DNA of 64,000 nucleotides. Source: a virus (Duplodnaviria; Caudoviricetes). The notes below the pieces were generated by a model. The model was not told the DNA's origin and ran no database searches. It worked only from the letters and a program-made list of their open reading frames with translations. The position numbers and the translations under genes were made by a program. The DNA is taken from positions 1-64,000 of the IMG/VR virus record IMGVR_UViG_3300028833_000087, one strand, 5' to 3'. Positions 49,733 through 58,975 of the stretch are shown here, in pieces. The number at the start of each line of letters is the position of its first letter. The first letter of the stretch is position 1.

Positions 49733-51526
49733 TTGATGGTTATTCAGAGGAAACAATCTAAATCTATAAATCCTAAGAAGAAACCTATATCTTTAAATTT
49801 AGATCTTTCAACTCTTGACATTCTTTGCAGATATATTTTACAATCTCATGTATTTGTAAAAGTGGAGCATCTGGTTAATCTTAGAAATTTATTAATCAGT
49901 ATAGATCCGAAAACTTATGAGAATGAGCAAGAGAAATTTAAAAGATTTAATTTTCTTTTTAAGGGTTTAGAAGCTAGAATAGAAGAGAAACTGGAAGATA
50001 GAGATATAGTATTAAACTATATCAATGGTGGATTAACATATAAACTTGATTTTATCGATTATAATAGATTAACTTTATCTCAGCAAGAAATATTTCATAT
50101 ACATAAATTGGTTGCTGATATATTAAAATTCAAGTTTATGTATATTGATGCAGATGAATATCTTGATATATTAACAAGATTTAAAACTTGTGATTTTGAG
50201 AATAGAGGAAATATAATTAATGAGTTTGAAAATCTTATTGATAGAACCAAGAATAATTTCAGAAATGCCAGAATAGAAGATAATGCAATAAATATGACAT
50301 TTAGTTTAAGAGATGGAATATTTGAAAATTGTATTACAAATGCTTATAATATCCTTACAGATTCTAACAGAAGACTTATAACAGGTATGCAAGGATTTAA
50401 TGAGATAGTTGGTGGTGGATTAGAAGATGAGCGAGTATATATGTTATCCGGTACAGCTGGAACAGGTAAATCATTTGCTCTACTCAATATAATATATCAA
50501 ATAAAGAAATATAATCCATATTACAAAACCAAAGATCCAACGAAAAAACCTTGTATTACATTATTGACTATGGAGAATACAGTTGTAGAAACAATTGCTC
50601 GACTGTTTGCTATTATAAATGATCATGGCGGTGGTAAAATGGCTAACTATTCGTTAGAGGATGTATTAAGAATCATGAGAGAAGAGGGCCAATTATATCT
50701 CAACGATAGTTCTCCAATTGATATAGTCATAAAATATAAACCAAATAAGTCTGTAGATACAAGTTATTTATATACTTTATATGATGATTTATCAGATGAA
50801 GGATATGAAATGATATTGTTAGCTCAAGATCATATTAAGAGAATCAGATCTATTTATAATGGAAATGAACTTAGAATTGAGCTTGGTGATATCATGAATG
50901 AATTTAAAACCTTTGCTATAGATAAGTCTATACCTGTTATGACAGTAACTCATCTTAACAGAGAGGCGACTAGAGTTCTTGAAGAAGCTGCTAAGAAGGG
51001 AAATCAGGATACAGGTAGATTGGTTGGAGGATATAATATCGGTGAATCTATGCTTTTGATCGATAATGTTGATTGTAATATAAATATTACTAAAGACCAT
51101 GATACAGATGGTAATATGTATATGTGTTTCAATTCAACGAAGATGAGAGATGATAGCATGAAGAGTTATATTTGTCAACCATTTGCCGTTGGTTCTAAGA
51201 TAAGATTACTTGAAGATATTGGTGGACCTCCACAGTATAAAGAATCTATACATATTGCTCCTGAAATGAAGAGACATCCTGGAATAGTAAATTCACCTGG
51301 AATGTCAATGTTTGAGTTCAATAATGTATTGGATTCTTCTGATAAAAAAGAGGATAATCCATTCGACAAGGATTCTTACGCATTGAATTCAAGCTCAGAA
51401 ATACAAGATAATTTAGATGATATCAGAAATGTTCTAGGATTAGAAAATTCCAATGATGATATTATCTGTCCTGTAAGATTTATAGATGAATCTATAGAAA
51501 GCTTTAAATTACCCTCTAGGCAGTAA
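49733..51526 (+). CDS. dnaB: DnaB-like (SF4) replicative helicase
   Basis: TGMQGFN..GG, GTAGTGKS, TMEN, QDHI, THLNR. Confidence 0.85.
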   Translation: MMVIQRKQSKSINPKKKPISLNLDLSTLDILCRYILQSHVFVKVEHLVNLRNLLISIDPKTYENEQEKFKRFNFLFKGLEARIEEKLEDRDIVLNYINGGLTYKLDFIDYNRLTLSQQEIFHIHKLVADILKFKFMYIDADEYLDILTRFKTCDFENRGNIINEFENLIDRTKNNFRNARIEDNAINMTFSLRDGIFENCITNAYNILTDSNRRLITGMQGFNEIVGGGLEDERVYMLSGTAGTGKSFALLNIIYQIKKYNPYYKTKDPTKKPCITLLTMENTVVETIARLFAIINDHGGGKMANYSLEDVLRIMREEGQLYLNDSSPIDIVIKYKPNKSVDTSYLYTLYDDLSDEGYEMILLAQDHIKRIRSIYNGNELRIELGDIMNEFKTFAIDKSIPVMTVTHLNREATRVLEEAAKKGNQDTGRLVGGYNIGESMLLIDNVDCNINITKDHDTDGNMYMCFNSTKMRDDSMKSYICQPFAVGSKIRLLEDIGGPPQYKESIHIAPEMKRHPGIVNSPGMSMFEFNNVLDSSDKKEDNPFDKDSYALNSSSEIQDNLDDIRNVLGLENSNDDIICPVRFIDESIESFKLPSRQ

Positions 51527-51537
51527 TGCCTAGAGGG
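51512..51537. terminator. bidirectional terminator
   Basis: CCCTCTAGGCA/TGCCTAGAGGG. Confidence 0.75.
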
Positions 51538-51544
51538 ATTTTTC

Positions 51545-52438
51545 TTAATAATAAATTCTGTAAATAAATCTTAAGCCAGAAGTTAAGCTTTGAAGCAATC
51601 TGTAGCTAAAGTTAAGTTTAGTATAAGGGGTAATATTAAAGTACCACTTATAACCTGTAACTTCGTCAGTTCTACTATAAGCATGAACCAAACTAATACT
51701 ACTTACTCTAGCTTTAGGCCATGTAAGAATTTGCTCAAAATAGTCTTTAAAATCATCTTTATTAATTACTAACTGAGTTTCAATATAAACTTCACAAGCT
51801 TGCGTTGTAGCCACTCTATAAATATTTTCACCTACAACCTGGGTTCCATCTGCATATTGTACATGTAACTGAGGCTGAGTAGAAAATTTCTTAAAGTAAT
51901 AAGCTACTTTATTCTTATAAGCATCAGGAACTCCTGTATCAGGATACTGCTTTCTACCAAAATAATACTGTCTTAAATCTGGAGAAATATCATGAGTTGC
52001 ATCTACAAATTTAAACGGGAAAATCTTATCTGATGCTATATTTTCAAGATCAGCATCTGTAGAAGGTTTAATCCTGTCAATAAAATTAGCTACATAAATA
52101 TCGTCCGGATCATTACCACAACCAGAATCATCGCAACAAAACAGACATACAATATCATCTATCTTTTCTCCCGGAGTAGGACCAACACCAATATCAAGAT
52201 CCATTTCTTCATTATATGTAGGAGTATGAATAGGAGAATCAACACCAAAAAGCTTTAATGCATTATGCATTGCTCCTGTAACTACTACACGATTAGAAAC
52301 TGTTTCTTTTAAAACATCATCTTCGTAGATATCGATTTCTGTCCTTGTAGGACCTCCTTTGAGTCTTTCTAACAAAGGTACCTCTTTAAGGTATTCTTTA
52401 ATCTCAGATCCATCTGATAATACTATACCATCTAACAT
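51545..52438 (-). CDS. putative virion (baseplate/tail) protein
   Basis: NRVVVTG start, AYYFKKF, ends FIYRIYY; resemblance only. Confidence 0.45.
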   Translation of the reverse strand: MLDGIVLSDGSEIKEYLKEVPLLERLKGGPTRTEIDIYEDDVLKETVSNRVVVTGAMHNALKLFGVDSPIHTPTYNEEMDLDIGVGPTPGEKIDDIVCLFCCDDSGCGNDPDDIYVANFIDRIKPSTDADLENIASDKIFPFKFVDATHDISPDLRQYYFGRKQYPDTGVPDAYKNKVAYYFKKFSTQPQLHVQYADGTQVVGENIYRVATTQACEVYIETQLVINKDDFKDYFEQILTWPKARVSSISLVHAYSRTDEVTGYKWYFNITPYTKLNFSYRLLQSLTSGLRFIYRIYY

Positions 52439-52452
52439 TTTATTTTCCTCCT

Positions 52453-55400
52453 TTAAATATCATCAACTATCCAAACAATTATTGGATTTGGATCAGGTGC
52501 TACCCAAGTAGTTATAGGATGAGTTATTTCATAATCATGATTTGCTATCTTATATTCGTGTACCTGTTTAAATAATTTATCTCTATAATAATCATGATCA
52601 TTATAATGATAAATCTTATAATCAGGTTCATCTGCAGCTTGATCACAATATTCAACCCATCTTCTATATAGATTATCATCATCTAATAATTCTATATTCT
52701 TAGTTATCATTACGCAGTACCAGTCTATAAATACTTTGTAATCTCTAAGATCCTCAGGTGTCATATGTTCCCAATCATTTTCCCAATCCAACCAAATATT
52801 ATTCATGCTATAACCGCTATCTTCAGTATCAGGAACCATATTGACATACATAAATTGAGACATTCTTTCTGATCCGCCTTTACGCTGTCTATCTATCATT
52901 CGTGTAATACCTGTTACAGCTCTAAATAATCTGGTTGTAGGATAACCTGCATTCTTATCTGATATAAAATGGCTAATGAAATAATCTTTGCGAATATAAT
53001 CACTAGGATGGAAAGGATATCCGCCGTTGATATCAAATATATCTGCATTAGGATTTAATTCAGCACTACCGCCATTAAGATCCCATAAATCTAATCTACC
53101 GGAAGCACTAGAATCACCGCCATCTACCATTTTCCAAGGTATACATTTGTTAGGATCAGCTAAACCACCATCTACCATCTTATAATTTCTTTTATCAGAA
53201 GCGTCTCCTCCATTGTAATCATGATTATCATCTAAATCAGGTTCATATACTTCAAACATATCAATTACCTCTTTAAATGACTCAGAATAATTATAGTGGA
53301 AAGAATATTCTAACATTTCTACGTAAGCTGTATCAGTAGTTTTTTCTTTATCCCATCTTCCGTATACAGATTCTAATGTATGATACTGATCCCTAGCATA
53401 ATCACCATTATTTAAAGGATCTCTGTTATTTACTATAACATTAGGCATAGGATCAAGAAAACTTACTTTATATGATTTAAAGAAATTAATCATTAAAGTA
53501 ATATAATTTATAACATCTTGTACACCATTGGTTGCTGTAAAGGAAAATATATAATCTAATCCATCAGCAGATAAATAATACTCTAAAGTAGTAACAATAT
53601 CAGATATTACATTTCTAATATTATCACGTCTAGTTTCAATATTAGGTTCAGTATTAATTCTATTGAAGAAAGTATATAATACATAATCTCTATGTAATAA
53701 TATTTCTTCATATTTATTCATTTTGTGACCATTATAAGTGAATCTTTCATAATCAAAAGTCTTAGTAAATAAATAGCTAAATACAAATTTTACAACTTCA
53801 TATTCATAATAATCTTTATCAAATGCAGTATTAGGATCATCAGGAGATACTTTATTATATCCATAAGACATAAGATCTCTTAAATGATCATATATAGCTT
53901 TATTGTTGTTATATATTTCATTTAATTCATCTATAGAAGTTATAGTTACCGGAGGTATAAAATTTTCAACTCCTAATTCTTCAAGTGTATATCCTCGTTT
54001 AAAATTAAATTCACTATGTCTTTCATAGCCAATGACATCTTGTAGCCATTCAAGATCAGCTTCCATATTAAATCCAAATACTCTATGATGCTCACTTTCA
54101 TTATTAAACATAGTAAACATCTTTTCATTAATCCAAGTTAAATATTGACTTTGATCAATTATACCATAAACTTCCCAGAACATATAATTTTTATCTATAC
54201 CAATATCAAATAATTGATTTTCGGTAATAGATCCTTCAACTGGTTCATCATAGTATATATCTGGACCATAGTAATCTATATTTTCATCAAAGTATTCTAG
54301 TAATTCGCCTTGAGTATAGTATTCTACAAATTCATGATCAGGAGCTTCTATAAATTCTCCATTTAATATTAATAGAGGTTCATAATCCGGAAATGGCTCG
54401 GTTTTTTCTTCCTCTATATCATTAGGAACTTTTATAGTTGTATCCAAATCATCATAACTATAACTAAGCGCTACCAATAAAGTAAATAAATCAGACAGAT
54501 TAAATATTTTTTCAGGATCAATACTGGGAACCATTATCTGTTGCTCAGCACTCTGGAACTCTATATTTGTTCTAGAATCTGTAATCATGCCAACAAAATA
54601 TGACATCTGAAATGCATATTCACTTAAAGAAATATCAGATTCAAGAGTCATTAATTTTGTAGGTTCAATAATGAAATCTCGTATAAGATGCTCTTTATAT
54701 ACAGCTTGATGCTGATTATATTGATCATCAAAATCAAAGAATTCTCCGTCCCAATATTTATCAGCATATGTCATTTCATCATAGCTGTATCTATAAGCTG
54801 GATCTTTAATATGATCATCATATGTACCATCTATTTCTGTCTTGATAAATTCAAGATCAAAAGCATTCAACTGACTATCAGGATCATCAGGATTAAATTC
54901 AACATATCCTCCCAATCCATCTGGACGCTGCTTTTTAAATAAATAATATTTATAGATTTTGGTATCTTTCATACCAAATATATCTATAATATCAAAATTA
55001 TTTTTATTAGAAGATTTATATTTAATAAGTTTATTTAAAGATTTTACAATTCTTACTTGATATCTTAAAGGTATATTTTTATAATAGTCTACACCGTAAG
55101 ATTCCAAGAAATATTGAACAGATCTCATATCAAATATATCTCTTCTAATGTACCATTCAGGTACATCAACAATCATATCAGCAAAAGTTTGAGCTATAAG
55201 ATTTATAATCATGATAGCACTATAATATTCATTATTGAATTCATATGCTTCTTGATCATATCTATCGATATAAATCTTTCTATTATATCCATATAATTCG
55301 CTATATCTATCTTTTACCAATTGATCTACAGACGGCATATATAATATTTCCCATTTAAAAGCTCGTCTTATAGCAACATCATCAAGACTTTTATCTCCTA

Positions 55401-55983
55401 AATGTCTCAGATATTTATAACTAAATTGATACTTATATTTTTCAATAAGTTTATCAATAACACCAAATGTAGATAATACAGATATAACTTCAACAGATTG
55501 CTCATGTAATGGCTTAGAAAAATCTATATCTGATGTATCATAATCATCAGGAAAATCATTTTTGGTAATATAAATATTATATTCAGTAGTACCATATGGA
55601 GGTAAACCTATTAAAGATCTATAATAATTATTCTTTTCCTCATAATTATCTTCAATATATTGACAAGCATAATCTAATAATGGTTGTCTTTCTTCTACAG
55701 GTATCTTGCTTCTATCATACAGATACTGATATATTTCATCATAAGAAAAATGACCATAAGTTTCCAGCATCTTATAGGTAAAAGGGCATAACTCAAATGT
55801 CATTCTGCCATCAAGAACCATCATATAGTATGTAGCATCATTTAATGATTCTTCTGTTTCATAGTAATTGGCCAAAGTATCATTTTTAATAACTATATTG
55901 GCTAAAATAATTTTACAGTTATAGACAATTTCGTCCATAAGAGCATGCTCAGTATATACTTTGCCGTTTACAGAATAGCTCAT
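52453..55983 (-). CDS. large putative virion (baseplate) protein
   Basis: acidic ~1176 aa; GGAGGTG RBS before ATG 55983; C-terminal [DN]GG repeats. Confidence 0.55.
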   Translation of the reverse strand: MSYSVNGKVYTEHALMDEIVYNCKIILANIVIKNDTLANYYETEESLNDATYYMMVLDGRMTFELCPFTYKMLETYGHFSYDEIYQYLYDRSKIPVEERQPLLDYACQYIEDNYEEKNNYYRSLIGLPPYGTTEYNIYITKNDFPDDYDTSDIDFSKPLHEQSVEVISVLSTFGVIDKLIEKYKYQFSYKYLRHLGDKSLDDVAIRRAFKWEILYMPSVDQLVKDRYSELYGYNRKIYIDRYDQEAYEFNNEYYSAIMIINLIAQTFADMIVDVPEWYIRRDIFDMRSVQYFLESYGVDYYKNIPLRYQVRIVKSLNKLIKYKSSNKNNFDIIDIFGMKDTKIYKYYLFKKQRPDGLGGYVEFNPDDPDSQLNAFDLEFIKTEIDGTYDDHIKDPAYRYSYDEMTYADKYWDGEFFDFDDQYNQHQAVYKEHLIRDFIIEPTKLMTLESDISLSEYAFQMSYFVGMITDSRTNIEFQSAEQQIMVPSIDPEKIFNLSDLFTLLVALSYSYDDLDTTIKVPNDIEEEKTEPFPDYEPLLILNGEFIEAPDHEFVEYYTQGELLEYFDENIDYYGPDIYYDEPVEGSITENQLFDIGIDKNYMFWEVYGIIDQSQYLTWINEKMFTMFNNESEHHRVFGFNMEADLEWLQDVIGYERHSEFNFKRGYTLEELGVENFIPPVTITSIDELNEIYNNNKAIYDHLRDLMSYGYNKVSPDDPNTAFDKDYYEYEVVKFVFSYLFTKTFDYERFTYNGHKMNKYEEILLHRDYVLYTFFNRINTEPNIETRRDNIRNVISDIVTTLEYYLSADGLDYIFSFTATNGVQDVINYITLMINFFKSYKVSFLDPMPNVIVNNRDPLNNGDYARDQYHTLESVYGRWDKEKTTDTAYVEMLEYSFHYNYSESFKEVIDMFEVYEPDLDDNHDYNGGDASDKRNYKMVDGGLADPNKCIPWKMVDGGDSSASGRLDLWDLNGGSAELNPNADIFDINGGYPFHPSDYIRKDYFISHFISDKNAGYPTTRLFRAVTGITRMIDRQRKGGSERMSQFMYVNMVPDTEDSGYSMNNIWLDWENDWEHMTPEDLRDYKVFIDWYCVMITKNIELLDDDNLYRRWVEYCDQAADEPDYKIYHYNDHDYYRDKLFKQVHEYKIANHDYEITHPITTWVAPDPNPIIVWIVDDI

Positions 55984-56072
55984 GCCTATTTTCACCTCCC
56001 TTAAGTATTAAGTTTATATAGATGTGAAAGTATATAGGGAATAACTTAAAAGTAATTTGGGAGGTATATTCA

Positions 56073-56807
56073 ATGGAATCAATAGTATTAAGAAATGAAT
56101 TTAACCAATATCCTGATATTATTAGTTATGACGAAAAGAATCCGACATTAACTTCTCCGTATTCAGATACAGATTGTCCTTTCTATATGACAAAAGATAT
56201 GCTTATAGATGTAGATTTATTTAGAAGCTTTGTAAAGAATGCCGAAGCTAGTTTTAGAGCTTCTCATGAATATAAACTTTATAAATCTTATCTTATAGAA
56301 TATTTAGGAATGAATAGATGCCAAATATTTGGTAATATAACTAATGAAGATGCTAAAATAGAATTACATCATAATGTAATTGGACTATTAGATATGTGTA
56401 TTCTTATAACTTCTCATGTAGTAAATACTGTAGGATATATAACTACATTTGATCTAGTTACAATGCTTATTCAAGAACACTATGCAAATAATGTAGGTGT
56501 AGTATTTTTATCTACCACAGCTCACCAATTATATCATCATGATGATGAAGGATATTTACCACCAGAAATGACATTTGGTAAATGGTGGAATTTATTATCT
56601 AAATATAAATATGGTATTACTTTTGACTTAGCAAACAAGATAGTAAATTATTTAACTAATTATTCTAATAATAAGGTAATAACAGTACATCCTAGACTTA
56701 ACGATGTAATATATAGCTATGCTAATTTTAATGAATATTGCAATGTAAGTCCTCAGGAAGCTGGATATTTACCTGATATGAGCGAATTTATGGAGGAAAT
56801 ACAATGA
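56073..56807 (+). CDS. HNH-like nuclease-fold protein
   Basis: IELHH...LSTTAHQLYH. Confidence 0.55.
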   Translation: MESIVLRNEFNQYPDIISYDEKNPTLTSPYSDTDCPFYMTKDMLIDVDLFRSFVKNAEASFRASHEYKLYKSYLIEYLGMNRCQIFGNITNEDAKIELHHNVIGLLDMCILITSHVVNTVGYITTFDLVTMLIQEHYANNVGVVFLSTTAHQLYHHDDEGYLPPEMTFGKWWNLLSKYKYGITFDLANKIVNYLTNYSNNKVITVHPRLNDVIYSYANFNEYCNVSPQEAGYLPDMSEFMEEIQ

Positions 56808-57250
56808 TTAGAGATATTATGAATATTTGGATTGGTCTTATAATGACTTCAGTTGTAGTACTATTATATTATAATACTATAATAAATGAGAAAAAGAAGA
56901 ATCTTCTAAAAGAAAAAGAATTAGAAAATCAAAAAATGGAATTAATGATGAAGATTGATACTAAAGCTGCAAGAGCTGAAATAGATTCTTTAATTGAAAG
57001 ATACTTTGGAGAATATACACTATATAATTTTGTAGCTCAAAAAGTAGTATATATTAAGAAAGAAGACGCCGAATTAGCTGTAAAGGAAATTACTAAAAGA
57101 ATTATAATGAATATGTCTGAAACTTATATATTCTATATGAAGATACTATATTTTATTGATGATGAAGACGGACTTTTGGAAAAAATTACTGATATGGTAT
57201 CTGAGCAGATGATTTCTTATATGGTAGAATATAACAGACCAAAGGAGTAG
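56804..57250 (+). CDS. single-TM membrane protein
   Basis: N-terminal hydrophobic helix then coiled coil. Confidence 0.7.
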   Translation: MIRDIMNIWIGLIMTSVVVLLYYNTIINEKKKNLLKEKELENQKMELMMKIDTKAARAEIDSLIERYFGEYTLYNFVAQKVVYIKKEDAELAVKEITKRIIMNMSETYIFYMKILYFIDDEDGLLEKITDMVSEQMISYMVEYNRPKE

Positions 57251-57266
57251 GGCTAAGCCCTACTCC
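57244..57266. terminator. hairpin containing both convergent stop codons
   Basis: GGAGTAGGGC-TAA-GCCCTACTCC. Confidence 0.7.
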
Positions 57267-57925
57267 TCTTTATCGTTAAATAATTCTAACAAATGTCTTA
57301 CAATAGTATCTTTACCAGAAGCTGTTCTACCGACAATACATATGATAGCTTTAGGATCATAATCTTCAACTATTTTACAGAAAATATTAGATACTGTACC
57401 ATTAAGATAAGGATTATCATTAATAAAAGATGTATAAGGAATAGAAGCAGCTTCAAAATCGGTAAATTGTTTATCTTCTGATGAGTCTCTATCCTTAAAT
57501 TTCCACATATCTTTAGCTGTACATTCTAACCCTAATCTTTGCATATATCTTCTATATCTATTATTGAAAGAACAAGTAATGTGATAAATATTAAGTTTAA
57601 CTTCAGGGTGTCTTTCTTGAATATCTTTAATACCATTAGGATCGATAATATAAACATTATGATCTTTCATTTGATCGGTTAAAGTAAAATATCTACGATT
57701 ATTGATCTCAGTATATGCAAGAATTTTATCTTTATCTTTTAAAATTTCATCAGCTTTTTCTTCAGAAATAAATAAATGTTCCACTCCATCTGTTTCGCCT
57801 AATCTTTGAAGCCTTGTTGTATAAGATATAAAAGGAATAAATTTCTTATCTGATATTAACTCTTTTACTGATTTACCGGTTTGCTCTTTTATTAAAAGTT
57901 TTACTGTTTCTTTATCGTATATCAT
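57260..57925 (-). CDS. gmk: guanylate kinase-like protein, circularly permuted
   Basis: SYTTR..R.GETDGVEHLF, IIDPNG; P-loop GRTASGKDT at C-terminus; AAGGAGG RBS. Confidence 0.8.
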   Translation of the reverse strand: MIYDKETVKLLIKEQTGKSVKELISDKKFIPFISYTTRLQRLGETDGVEHLFISEEKADEILKDKDKILAYTEINNRRYFTLTDQMKDHNVYIIDPNGIKDIQERHPEVKLNIYHITCSFNNRYRRYMQRLGLECTAKDMWKFKDRDSSEDKQFTDFEAASIPYTSFINDNPYLNGTVSNIFCKIVEDYDPKAIICIVGRTASGKDTIVRHLLELFNDKEE

Positions 57926-57942
57926 AGTTTTATCCTCCTTTA

Positions 57943-58118
57943 TAAAAAATAAAAAGTCCCGGGAATTATTCATTCCCGGGGGCAACAAAATGAGTGTAAA
58001 GTATATAGAATTCGTGATGGTTTGTGTGCTATCTGGGGGATAAGCGTTGTATGTATAGTTTAATATTTTCAGGGGTGGGTTATTAAACTATTTTGTAACG
58101 AATCTATATACTTTACAC
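57943..58118 (-). ncRNA. candidate structured RNA (sRNA or gmk leader)
   Basis: 21-bp closing stem, two inner hairpins with C-rich loops, terminator 57958-57980. Confidence 0.6.
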
Positions 58119-58123
58119 ATATG

Positions 58124-58915
58124 TTATTCATTACTGTAAAATATTATTGGTATCTCTAGTTCTTCTTTTTTATTATCTTCTATCATTGGAAGCATATAAT
58201 TATTACTCTTTAATACATCTATTCTATTATGCATATCTTGGTTAATATTAGTTATTTCCGGCAATCTATAGTTTTCATTTTTAATATCCACATTGACTTT
58301 ATTATAATTCAAAATATCATTATTTAATAACTCATTAGATTGTTTTGCTGTATAATTTTCTATTCTCTCTAAAACATCTATCTGTTCATCTGTAATAAAT
58401 GGACGATAGTATGTAACGAATAGGTCATATCTTCCTAAAACTGTATTTATAGGAATAAACAATCTATGAGCATGTACCAATTCATGAACTGTCTTAGATA
58501 AAGGAATAAGTCCTATCATATTTTTATAATGCAAAGACATTATTTCTTTAGCAACCATCCATACAGATACATTTTCATTATAATAACAGCGTTTCTTATA
58601 AACTATATTTGCTATATCATCTAATGAAAATGGATAATGATGTATCTCTATGCGGATATCAAATCCTTCAGAATTACTTACTCCTTCTATGAAACTATCT
58701 TTATTCATTCCATATTTATCTCTGATAAAGTTTATATATCTTCTATATTCAAAAGACTTTCTTACAACTTGTTTTATAGTAAGTATATATTTATTAAATT
58801 CTTTATCATCATCAAGATTAAATGGATTTACATTTTCTATTTCAGGTACATCTTCTAAAGCTATATAATTTTGTAAATTATGATGCTGAGCTTGTATAGC
58901 ATCAGGATCTATCAT
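58124..58915 (-). CDS. HNH-like nuclease-fold protein, paralogue of 56073-56807
   Basis: IEIHH...LSKTVHELVH. Confidence 0.55.
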   Translation of the reverse strand: MIDPDAIQAQHHNLQNYIALEDVPEIENVNPFNLDDDKEFNKYILTIKQVVRKSFEYRRYINFIRDKYGMNKDSFIEGVSNSEGFDIRIEIHHYPFSLDDIANIVYKKRCYYNENVSVWMVAKEIMSLHYKNMIGLIPLSKTVHELVHAHRLFIPINTVLGRYDLFVTYYRPFITDEQIDVLERIENYTAKQSNELLNNDILNYNKVNVDIKNENYRLPEITNINQDMHNRIDVLKSNNYMLPMIEDNKKEELEIPIIFYSNE

Positions 58916-58940
58916 AGTACCACCTCCAAAAATACAATAT

Positions 58941-58960
58941 AATTATATATTATAAATCTG
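58941..58960 (+). promoter_or_regulatory. class-1 (putative early) phage promoter
   Basis: AATTATATATTATAAATCTG. Confidence 0.7.
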
Positions 58961-58975
58961 TAAAGGAGATCAATT

